Source of the DNA: an uncultured Candidatus Rokubacteria bacterium
GTDB lineage: Bacteria > Methylomirabilota > Methylomirabilia > Rokubacteriales > DASRDR01
NCBI GenBank assembly: GCA_963708025.1
Contig: CAVPSB010000037.1
Span: 1 to 64,000 of the forward strand
Reading direction: 5' to 3'
DNA: 64,000 nucleotides
The notes under the pieces are model-generated. The model was given only the letters and a program-made list of their open reading frames with translations, made no database searches and was not told the DNA's origin. This document shows, piece by piece, positions 20,767-28,597 of the stretch (position 1 is the first letter of the stretch; every line of letters begins with the position of its first letter). Both the position numbers and the translations under genes were made by a program.

Positions 20767-21918
20767 ATGGACTTCGAGCTGAGCGAGGAGCAGCAGCTCT
20801 TCCGCAAGACCCTCCGGGACTTCGTCCGCGACCGGATCGCCCCGGTGGCGCGGGAGTGGGAGCAGGCGGGCCGGTATCCGACCGAGATCGTCGAGGGCAT
20901 GAAGGGGCTGGGGCTCTTCGGCCTGACGGTCCCCGAGGCGTACGGCGGGCTGGCCGTCGATCTCGTCTCCTACGCCATCGCGTTCGAGGAGATCGCCCGG
21001 GGGTGGATGGGGATCGCCGGCATCCTCGGCAGCCACTCCCTGGCCTGCTGGCTGCTGGCGCGGCACGGGACGGAGGCGCAGCGGGGGCGCTGGCTCCCCG
21101 ACCTCGCGACCGGCCGGCGGCGGTCGGGGCTGGCCCTGACCGAGCCGGGGGTGGGGAGCGATCTCCAGGCGATCACGACGCGCGCCGTCCGGGACGGCGA
21201 CGCCTACGTGCTCAGCGGGACCAAGATGTGGATCACGAACGCGCGCCACGCCGATCCCCTCCCGGTCCTCTGCGTGACCGATCCGGCGGCGGCGCCGCGC
21301 CATCGCGGCATCAGCGTGCTGATGGTCGAGGCCGGCACCCCGGGGTTCACGGTGGGCCGTGACCTGGGTAAGCTCGGCTACAAGGGCACCGAGTCGTGCG
21401 AGGTCCACTTCGAGTCCGCCCGGGTCCCGGCGGCCAACCTCCTCGGCGGCGCCGAGGGGCAGGGCTTCCGGCAGGTCATGACCGTGCTCGAGATCGGCCG
21501 CCTCAACGTCGCCGGGCGCAGCATCGGCATCGCCCAGGCCGCCTGCGACGCCGCGCTCCGCTACTCGCGCGAGCGTCACGCCTTCGGTCAGCCCATCGGC
21601 GACTTCCAGGCCGTGCAGCTCAAGCTCGCCGACATGGCCACCGGGATCCAGGCCGCCCGGCTCCTCACGTGGTGGGCCGCCGCCCGCACGGACCGCGGGG
21701 AGCGGGCCGACGCCGAGACCGCGATGGCCAAGCTCTTCGCCTCCGAGCTCGCCCTCCGGGCCGCGCTCGACTCGATGCGGATCCACGGCGGCTACGGCTA
21801 CTCGACGGAGTTCGAGGTGGAGCGCCTCTACCGGGACGCCCCGCTGATGGCGATCGGCGAGGGCACCAACGACATCCTGCGGGTCCTGATCGCCCGCGCC
21901 CTCGCCCGGGAGGCCTGA
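20767..21918 (+). CDS. Acyl-CoA dehydrogenase
   Basis: ALTEPGVGSD, GTKMWITN, KLGYKG, RHAFGQPIGDFQAVQLKLADM, IHGGYGY, IGEGTNDILR. Confidence 0.96.
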   Translation: MDFELSEEQQLFRKTLRDFVRDRIAPVAREWEQAGRYPTEIVEGMKGLGLFGLTVPEAYGGLAVDLVSYAIAFEEIARGWMGIAGILGSHSLACWLLARHGTEAQRGRWLPDLATGRRRSGLALTEPGVGSDLQAITTRAVRDGDAYVLSGTKMWITNARHADPLPVLCVTDPAAAPRHRGISVLMVEAGTPGFTVGRDLGKLGYKGTESCEVHFESARVPAANLLGGAEGQGFRQVMTVLEIGRLNVAGRSIGIAQAACDAALRYSRERHAFGQPIGDFQAVQLKLADMATGIQAARLLTWWAAARTDRGERADAETAMAKLFASELALRAALDSMRIHGGYGYSTEFEVERLYRDAPLMAIGEGTNDILRVLIARALAREA

Positions 21919-21923
21919 GCGCC

Positions 21924-22045
21924 TGTGAAGCGATCGGTTCCTCCGGCTCCCCCCTCCCCCACGGCCAAAGGCCGAAGGCCGTCGAAAGGTAGGGGAGGGG
22001 GGCCAAAGGCCGAAGGCCGTCGAAGGATCGGGTGGGCGGGAGGAG
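21924..22045 (+). repeat. Intergenic modular repeat with two GGCCAAAGGCCGAAGGCCGTCGAA cores (21963, 22001)
   Basis: Left arm TGTGAAGCGATCGGTTCCTCCGGCTC, C-tract, core, G-tract, core, right arm GGGTGGGCGGGAGG. Confidence 0.85.
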
Positions 22046-22049
22046 ATCG

Positions 22050-23042
22050 ATGACCTCCACCGCGCGCATCATCGACGTCCACGCCCACGTGACGCCGCTG
22101 CGCTTCCAGCGGGCGGTCCTCTCCGGCTCCGACTGGTTCGGGATGACCCCGGCCGACGGCGAGCTCGGCAACATCCGGAACCGCTGGGGTCCGGCCCAGC
22201 GCATCGAGGCGATGGACGCGGCCCTGGTCGACGTCCAGCTCCTGTCGCCGACCGACTGCTTCTACCAGTACCACCGCGAGCCCTCCGTCACCGCGCGTAT
22301 CGCCGCCGAGTGCAACGACGAGGTCGCGGCGATGGTGCGGGATCACCCGGCGCGCTTCATGGGGCTGGGGACCTTGCCGATGCAGGACCCGGACCTGGCG
22401 GTGGCCGAGATGGAGCGCGGCCGGCGCCAGCTCGGACTCAGCGGCTTCATGATCGACGACCACGTCAACGGGCTGACCCACGACCACGACCTGTTCGACC
22501 CGTTCTGGGCCGCCGCCGAGGCCCTGGGGGCGTTCGTCTTCGTGCACCAGGGCGCGCCCACCTCCGTGACCTACCGGACGCAGAGCTACTTCCTGCTCAA
22601 CTCGGTAGGGAACCTCGTGGATCGCACGCTGACATATGGCTGTCTGGTCTACGGCGGCGTCATGGACCGATACCCGGCGCTCACGGTGTGCCTGGCCCAC
22701 GCCGGCGGGTACGTCCCCTACGCCATGGACCGCATGGACCACGGCTGGAAGGTCCGGCCGGCTTCGCGGGGCCGATCCCGCGACGTGCCGAGCAGCTATC
22801 TCCGGCGCTTCTACTACGACACCGTGACGTACACCGACCGGAACCTCCGGACGCTGGTCGACATGGTGGGGGCCGACCGCGTGGTCTTCGGAACCGACTG
22901 GCCCGCGCCCATGGCGGTCGAGGACGCGGTCCGCCGCATCCGGTCATCGACCGCGCTGACCGACGAGGAGCGACGCTTGATCCTGACGGACAACACGGAG
23001 CGGATCTTCGCCAGCACCGGCGCCGCCGCCGGCCGGGGCTGA
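22050..23042 (+). CDS. Amidohydrolase_2 family protein (ACMSD-like decarboxylase/hydratase)
   Basis: IIDVHAH, CNDEVA..V..HPARF.GLGTLPMQDP, VFVH, LAHAGG, FYYDTV, VVFGTDWP. Confidence 0.92.
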   Translation: MTSTARIIDVHAHVTPLRFQRAVLSGSDWFGMTPADGELGNIRNRWGPAQRIEAMDAALVDVQLLSPTDCFYQYHREPSVTARIAAECNDEVAAMVRDHPARFMGLGTLPMQDPDLAVAEMERGRRQLGLSGFMIDDHVNGLTHDHDLFDPFWAAAEALGAFVFVHQGAPTSVTYRTQSYFLLNSVGNLVDRTLTYGCLVYGGVMDRYPALTVCLAHAGGYVPYAMDRMDHGWKVRPASRGRSRDVPSSYLRRFYYDTVTYTDRNLRTLVDMVGADRVVFGTDWPAPMAVEDAVRRIRSSTALTDEERRLILTDNTERIFASTGAAAGRG

Positions 23043-23051
23043 CGGAGACTC

Positions 23052-23127
23052 CCCGAAGATCTCAGAGGGTGTGAAGGAATCGGGTCCTCCGGCTCGGGGG
23101 GTGGGAGGGAGGTCCCGAAGATCTCAG
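23052..23127 (+). repeat. Core-less copy of the modular repeat, bracketed by direct repeat CCCGAAGATCTCAG
   Basis: TGTGAAGGAATCGGGTCCTCCGGCTC + GGGGGGTGGGAGGGAGGTCCCGAA; the 14-mer occurs at 23052..23065 and 23114..23127. Confidence 0.7.
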
Positions 23128-23684
23128 CGACCCAGGACGAGGCGACGGACCTCGGCGGCGGCGGCGGAGACCGCCGCCGGGTCCCGGAAGTTGGTGGTGT
23201 TCATGAACCGCTCGGTCAGCGTCTCGAGCCGGAGGATGAGGTTCCCGGTCACCTGGGATCCGGTGATGATGCCCTGCGTGACGGCCGAGATGCCGGCCTC
23301 GCAGGCGATGTCGGTCTGGCCGGTCAGCGGCTTCTCGGATCCCGTCTCGCTGGGCCGGGAAAGCCCGCTCACCCGGACACGCTGGGCATTGTCGGAGGCC
23401 TGGAAGACGACGGCCAGGGTCAGCCCCTTCGCGTCCGGGACGGACCAGTTGCCGAAGGCGTCGCTCATGCCCTGGGCCACCACCGGCACACCGGGTTGAT
23501 TCAGGTCGAGCACGACGAACCGGGAGTTGGCGACGGGACCGCCCCCGACCAGCTCCGGGAACGTCGCGGTGCCGCGGAGCGTCGACTGGGAACCCGAGCC
23601 GCCGCCGCCGCAGCCCAGCGTGACGAGCAGACAGAAAACGACCAGCGAGCCAGCCGTGGCCGACCGACGCACGCCCCCCCGCAT
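23124..23684 (-). CDS. Hypothetical lipoprotein
   Basis: Basic N-region, hydrophobic core, lipobox-like VTLGC followed by a GGGGSGS linker. Confidence 0.7.
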   Translation of the reverse strand: MRGGVRRSATAGSLVVFCLLVTLGCGGGGSGSQSTLRGTATFPELVGGGPVANSRFVVLDLNQPGVPVVAQGMSDAFGNWSVPDAKGLTLAVVFQASDNAQRVRVSGLSRPSETGSEKPLTGQTDIACEAGISAVTQGIITGSQVTGNLILRLETLTERFMNTTNFRDPAAVSAAAAEVRRLVLGR

Positions 23685-23715
23685 GACCTTCCCCCCGTGA
23701 GCGAGAGCGTCAGGG

Positions 23716-24645
23716 TCATGGGTCCACCGTTCCCTCCCGAGGACCCGCGGACAAGACACCCCGACAGGGTACGGCAGGCGATACGGCTACACCAAGGAAC
23801 CTGTCAAGCGAGGGCGAGGCAGAGGGCGGGCGGTCAATGCGTCGCGGCGGGGGGCGGCGCCCCGTCGTGACCGGCATGGACCCCGCCGTCCCGGACCGGT
23901 AGTCGAAGCCAACCGGCGCGTCGGATCGTCCGCCGCGCGGCTCCGGGGCGAGGTTCAAGCTCTCCTTGACCGGCGCGGTGTGCTCGCGCATGAGCGCCTC
24001 CGCCCGCGCGCCTTCGCCGGCTTCGAGCGCCTCGACGATCGCGTGATGCTGGCGGTGAGCGTACCGGAGGATGTCGAACATCGAGGCCTTGTCGAGCCGG
24101 TCGAAGGCCACCGCCCGGGCGGCCGCGAACGGCACGTGGTCGTTCCGGGCGAGGGCGTCGGCGATGGCGCGGCTGCCGGCGGTCTCGACGACGAGCGCGT
24201 GAAAGCGCCCGTTCAGCTCGCTGTATCGCGACTCGTCGGTCTCGAGCAGGTGGCCGCGGGCGAAGATCTCGTCACCGTCCGCCAGGCAGCGTCGCAGCTC
24301 CCGCAAGAGGTCCGGTGACGCGCCGCGCTCGGCCACCAGGCGGGCGGCCAGCCCTTCCAGCACCCCCCGCACGTCGAGCGCCTCGAGAACGTCGCGGGCG
24401 CTGAAGGCGCGGACCACGTAGCCGCGCGCGCCCGCGGGGGCAAGGAGCCCTTCCCGGGCCAGAGCGGGGAGCGCCTGCCGGATCGGCGTGCGCGAGACGC
24501 CGAGTCGCTCGGCCAGGGCGACCTCCCCGAGCCGCTCCCCGGGCGCCAGGTCGCCCCGCAGGATCATCTCCCGCAGCTCCACGACGATGCGCGACTCTCG
24601 GGTGGCCATGTCTCTCTGCCGCTCGGCGGCGCCGTTTGTATCCAT
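23716..24645 (-). CDS. GntR/FCD family transcriptional regulator, VanR-like (C-terminal tail may be read-through)
   Basis: LREMILRGDLAPGERLGEVALAERLGVSRTPIRQAL HTH; FCD domain with NGRFH, VPFAA, QHHAIVEALEAGEGARAEALMREH. Confidence 0.9.
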   Translation of the reverse strand: MDTNGAAERQRDMATRESRIVVELREMILRGDLAPGERLGEVALAERLGVSRTPIRQALPALAREGLLAPAGARGYVVRAFSARDVLEALDVRGVLEGLAARLVAERGASPDLLRELRRCLADGDEIFARGHLLETDESRYSELNGRFHALVVETAGSRAIADALARNDHVPFAAARAVAFDRLDKASMFDILRYAHRQHHAIVEALEAGEGARAEALMREHTAPVKESLNLAPEPRGGRSDAPVGFDYRSGTAGSMPVTTGRRPPPRRIDRPPSASPSLDRFLGVAVSPAVPCRGVLSAGPREGTVDP

Positions 24646-24697
24646 TCATGCCATACGAGCCGTCATCCGGCCACGTCGTGGGCTGGTTTGGATCCAA
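24636..24697. promoter_or_regulatory. VanR-type operator pair: TTGTATCCAT (24636..24645) and perfect palindrome TTGGATCCAA (24688..24697)
   Basis: Lies in the divergent region between the VanR-like gene and the catabolic operon; matches the core of the Caulobacter vanO operator ATTGGATCCAAT. Confidence 0.75.
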
Positions 24698-24816
24698 CTT
24701 TTCGGTTAGAGTAGCCATCCGAGGCCCCAACGGTCAAGAGCGGGAGGGTGGGACGCCGGCCCCGCGGTCCGGGAACCCGACCCCACGCGGCGGAGGTCCC
24801 GGCAAGGAGACCCGAC

Positions 24817-25939
24817 ATGCACGCGAGATCGATTCCACCATTTCGCGCCGACCACGTCGGCAGCCTGCTGCGGCCGCCCGAGCTGCTGGCGGCCCGGGAC
24901 CGGTACGCGCGCGAGGAGATCCCCGCGGCCGAGCTCCGCCAGGCGGAGGACCGCTCGATCCGCGACGCGGTGCGGCTTCAGGAAGAGCTGGGGTTCCGGG
25001 CCGCCACGGACGGCGAGCACCGGCGGACGTTCTTCCACATCGACTTCCTCGAGAAGCTGGAGGGGGTCGCGGTGCGGGGCGGGCTGGCGACGCGGTTCCA
25101 CGGCGCGAAGGGTGACGTGGACTTCGCCCCGCCCCGCCTGGAAGTGACCGGCAAGCTCCGCCGCGTCCGGCCGATCCAGCTCGAGGACTTCCGCTACCTC
25201 CAGTCGGTGGCGCGCGTGGTTCCCGAAGGTCTGCATCCCCTCGCCGACCATGGTACATTTCCGCGGAGGGCGGGGGGCGATCAGCCGCGAGGCGTACCCG
25301 GACCTGGAGGAGTTCTTCGGCGACCTGGCCCGCTGCTACCGGGAAGAGCTCGCCGACCTGGCCGGCGCCGGCTGCCGGTATGTCCAGCTCGACGACACCA
25401 ACCTGGCCTACCTCTGCGATCCGAAGCTCCGCGAGGGGGCGCGGGAGCGGGGCGACGATCCCGAGGCGCTGCCGCGCCGGTACGCCCGGCTCATCAACGC
25501 GGCGCTGCGCGATCGCCCGGCCGGCCTCACCGTGGGCATCCACCTGTGCCGCGGTAACTTCAAGAGCGCCTGGGTCGCCGAGGGAGGCTACGAGCCGGTG
25601 GCCGAGGTCCTCTTCAACGAGCTCGACGTTGACGGGTACTTCCTGGAGTACGACGACCATCGATCGGGGGACTTCGCCCCGCTCCGGTTCGTCCCGCGCG
25701 GCAAGAAGCTGGTGGTGCTCGGGCTCGTCACCTCCAAGGTGGGCGCACTCGAGCCGAAGGCCGAGCTGGCGCGGCGAATCCAGGACGCCGGCCGCTACGT
25801 GCCGCTGGAGCAGCTCGCGCTGAGCCCCCAGTGCGGCTTCTCCAGCACGGTGCACGGGAACCAGGTGACCTTCGAGGAGCAGCGGGCGAAGCTCGGGCTG
25901 GTGGTGGAGACCGCGGCCGAGGTCTGGGGCTCTCTCTGA
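24817..25939 (+). CDS. Core MetE-like (methionine synthase II, YxjH-type) zinc enzyme (frameshift near 25223)
   Basis: PPFRADHVGSLLRP, ATDGEHRR, YVQLDDT, IHLCRGN, FLEYD, LSPQCGFSST; AAGGAG SD. Confidence 0.9.
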
Positions 25940-25943
25940 GAGC

Positions 25944-26040
25944 CTGAAGGACTCGGGTCTTCGGCTCCCGCTCCCCCCGGCCACAGGCCGAAGGCCGTGA
26001 AGGGTGGGGGAGGGGGGCTGGGGGGGTAGGCGGGAGGCCC
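25944..26040 (+). repeat. Intergenic modular repeat (core at 25979) with a four-G-tract arm
   Basis: CTGAAGGACTCGGGTCTTCGGCTC...CCCCCCGGCCACAGGCCGAAGGCCGTGAAGGGTGGGGGAGGGGGGCTGGGGGGGTAGG. Confidence 0.85.
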
Positions 26041-26058
26041 GATCAGGAGGACGCCGTC

Positions 26059-26712
26059 ATGGCGATCGACGTCGAGAAGCTGAGGCGGACGGGGACGCCG
26101 AGCGACCTGCCGTTCTCGATCCGGAAGATCGGACACGTCGTCCTCCGCGCCTCCGACCTCCAGCGCTCGGTTGACTTCTACACGAAGGTGCTCGGGTTCG
26201 AGATCTCCGACGTCTACCCCGAGGAGATGGTGCCGGGCGGGATGGTCTTCATGCGCTGCAACGCGGACCACCACGGCGTCGCCCTCGTGGGCGGCATGTC
26301 CGGTCCCGCCGCCAAACGGGAGCTCGACCACTTCGCGTTCGAGGTCGCCACGCTCGACGAGGTATTCCGTGCCCGCCGGCACCTGCGGGAGCGCGGGGTG
26401 CCCGTCGTCTTCGAAGGCCGCCGCCGGGCCGGCGTGCAGATCGCCATCGAGTTCAACGACCCCGACGGGCACCACCTCGAGATCTACTGGGGGGTGGACC
26501 AGGTCGGCCCCGACGGCCGGGTCCGCCCCGCCGCGGAGTGGCGGGGCGCCAAGACGCTGGAGGAGGCGGTGGCGAACCCCGTGCCCGGCCAGCATCCGGC
26601 GCTCTCCGACCCAACCCTCCTCCAACCGGGGGCCATCGTTCCGGCCCCCCCCTCCCCCCCGGCCACAGGCCGAAGGCCGTCGAAGGGTGGGGGAGGGGGG
26701 CTGGGGGGGTAG
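26059..26712 (+). CDS. VOC-family protein resembling a one-domain type I extradiol dioxygenase
   Basis: IGHVVL, FYTKVLGF, NADHHGVAL, LDHFAFEV, FNDPDGHHLEIY; the last ~25 codons are repeat-derived. Confidence 0.85.
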   Translation: MAIDVEKLRRTGTPSDLPFSIRKIGHVVLRASDLQRSVDFYTKVLGFEISDVYPEEMVPGGMVFMRCNADHHGVALVGGMSGPAAKRELDHFAFEVATLDEVFRARRHLRERGVPVVFEGRRRAGVQIAIEFNDPDGHHLEIYWGVDQVGPDGRVRPAAEWRGAKTLEEAVANPVPGQHPALSDPTLLQPGAIVPAPPSPPATGRRPSKGGGGGLGG

Positions 26713-26726
26713 GAGGGAGGTCCCGA
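26641..26726 (+). repeat. Modular repeat copy overlapping the VOC 3' end and supplying the galB SD
   Basis: About 58 nt nearly identical to 25973..26030; ends GGAGGGAGGTCCCGA-ATG. Confidence 0.88.
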
Positions 26727-27434
26727 ATGACGGCCCTCGTGGTGAGCGCGCACGCGGCGGACTTCGTCTGGCGCTGCGCCGGCGCGATCGCTCTGTACGC
26801 CCGGCGCGGTTACGAGGTCACCATCCTGTGCCTGTCCTACGGCGAGCGCGGCGAGTCGGCCAAGCTCTGGCGCGAGCCGGGGATGACCCTGGAGCGGGTC
26901 AAGCAGAGTCGCCACCAGGAGGCGCAGGCGGCGGCGGACGTCCTGGGGGGGCGGCTCGTCACGTTCGACGCCGGCGACTACCCGCTCCGGCTCACCGACG
27001 AGCTGTTCGCCCGGCTGGTCGACCTGTACCGGGACGTCCGCCCGGCGTTCGTGCTGACCCACGCGCTCGAGGACCCCTACAACCGCGACCACCCGGACGC
27101 CGCGCGGCTGGCCCAGGAGGCGCGCATCGTCGCCCAGGCGCACGGCCACCGGCCAGAGCAGAAGGTGATCGGCGCGCCGCCCGTGTTCCTGTTCGAGCCC
27201 CACCAGCCGGAGCAGTGCAACTTCCGGCCGCAGGTGCTGCTCGCGATCGACGAGGTGTGGGAGGTCAAGCGGAAGGCGATGGAGTGCATGGCGGCCCAGG
27301 AGCACTTGTGGGAGTACTACACGCGCGTCGCGCTGCAGCGAGGCGTGCAGGCCGCCCGCAACTCGGACCGCCAGGTGAAGTACGCCGAGGCCTACCAGCG
27401 GATCTACCCCCAGGTCACGGACGCCCTGGCATGA
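26727..27434 (+). CDS. galB: 4-oxalomesaconate hydratase (PIG-L family)
   Basis: LVVSAHAADFVWRCAGAIA, LSYGERGESAKLW, DPYNRDHP, FLFEPHQPEQCNF, MAAQEHLWEYY. Confidence 0.9.
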   Translation: MTALVVSAHAADFVWRCAGAIALYARRGYEVTILCLSYGERGESAKLWREPGMTLERVKQSRHQEAQAAADVLGGRLVTFDAGDYPLRLTDELFARLVDLYRDVRPAFVLTHALEDPYNRDHPDAARLAQEARIVAQAHGHRPEQKVIGAPPVFLFEPHQPEQCNFRPQVLLAIDEVWEVKRKAMECMAAQEHLWEYYTRVALQRGVQAARNSDRQVKYAEAYQRIYPQVTDALA

Positions 27435-28585
27435 ACGGCGGACCGATGGGGCAGACCCGGATTCCCTGCCTGATGATGCGAGGCGGCACCTCGAAGGGTG
27501 CGTACTTCCTCGCCGCCGACGTCCCCGCGGATCCCGCGCGGCTCGAGCGGGTCCTGCTCGCCGTCATGGGCTCGCCCGACCGGCGGCAGATCGACGGGCT
27601 GGGCGGCGCGGATCCGCTGACCAGCAAGGTGGCCATCGTCGGCCCGCCGACCCGGGCCGACGCCGACGTTGACTACCTGTTCGCGCAGGTGGTCGTTGAC
27701 GAGCCGCGGATCGACCTCAACCAGAACTGCGGGAACCTCCTGGCCGGGGTGGCGCCGTTCGCGATCGAGCGCGGCCTGGTCGAGGCACGCGAGGGCGAGA
27801 CGCGGGTCCGCATCCACATGGTCAACAGCGCGAGCCTGGCCGAGGCCACCGTGCAGACGCCGGACGGGCGCGTCCGGTACGACGGCGAGGCCCGCATCGA
27901 CGGCGTGCCGGGGACGCACGCCCCGGTGCTGATCGACTTCCTGGACGTCGCCGGCTCGTCCTGCGGCGCCCTGCTGCCGACCGGCAACGCCGTTGACGTT
28001 CTCGATGGCGTCCCCTGCACGCTGATCGACAACGGGATGCCGGTGGTCGTGGTGGCGGCGGCCGCCCTCGGCCGCACGGGCTACGAGTCCAAGCCGGAGC
28101 TGGACGCGGACGACGAGCTCAAGCGTCGCGTCGAGGCGGTCCGCCTGAAGGCGGGACCGCTGATGAACCTGGGCGACGTCGCGCGGAAGAACGTGCCGAA
28201 GGTGTCGCTGGTGGCGCCGCCCCGGGCGGGCGGCGCCCTGTGCACCCGGACCTTCATTCCCCGCGACTGCCACGCGGCGATCGGCGTGCTCGGCGCGGTG
28301 ACGGTGGCGGCCGCCTGCGTGTGGCCGGGCTCGGTCGCGGCCGGGGTGGCGGTGGTGCCCGCCGGCGCCCGCAAGCGCCTGGCGATCGAGCACCCCAGCG
28401 GCGAGTTCACCGTCGAGCTGGACGTCGAGGAAGCCGGCGGCCGTCCCCGGCTCCGGCGCTCGGCGCTGCTGCGGACCGCCCGGCTCCTGTTCGACGGCTA
28501 CGTGCACGTGCCGGCCGGCGTCTGGGACGGCCGGAGCGGTCGGCCGGGGCCGGAGCAGCGGGCGGCCGCGGCGCCGGGACGCTGA
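27431..28585 (+). CDS. galD: 4-oxalomesaconate tautomerase (PrpF family)
   Basis: MMRGGTSKGAYF, MGSPDRRQIDGLGGADPLTSKVAIV, QNCGNLLAGV, IDNGMP, CHAAIGVLGAVTVA, EHPSG, LLRTARLLFDG; ATGA overlap with galB. Confidence 0.92.
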   Translation: MNGGPMGQTRIPCLMMRGGTSKGAYFLAADVPADPARLERVLLAVMGSPDRRQIDGLGGADPLTSKVAIVGPPTRADADVDYLFAQVVVDEPRIDLNQNCGNLLAGVAPFAIERGLVEAREGETRVRIHMVNSASLAEATVQTPDGRVRYDGEARIDGVPGTHAPVLIDFLDVAGSSCGALLPTGNAVDVLDGVPCTLIDNGMPVVVVAAAALGRTGYESKPELDADDELKRRVEAVRLKAGPLMNLGDVARKNVPKVSLVAPPRAGGALCTRTFIPRDCHAAIGVLGAVTVAAACVWPGSVAAGVAVVPAGARKRLAIEHPSGEFTVELDVEEAGGRPRLRRSALLRTARLLFDGYVHVPAGVWDGRSGRPGPEQRAAAAPGR

Positions 28586-28597
28586 CCGGGCGCCGCC

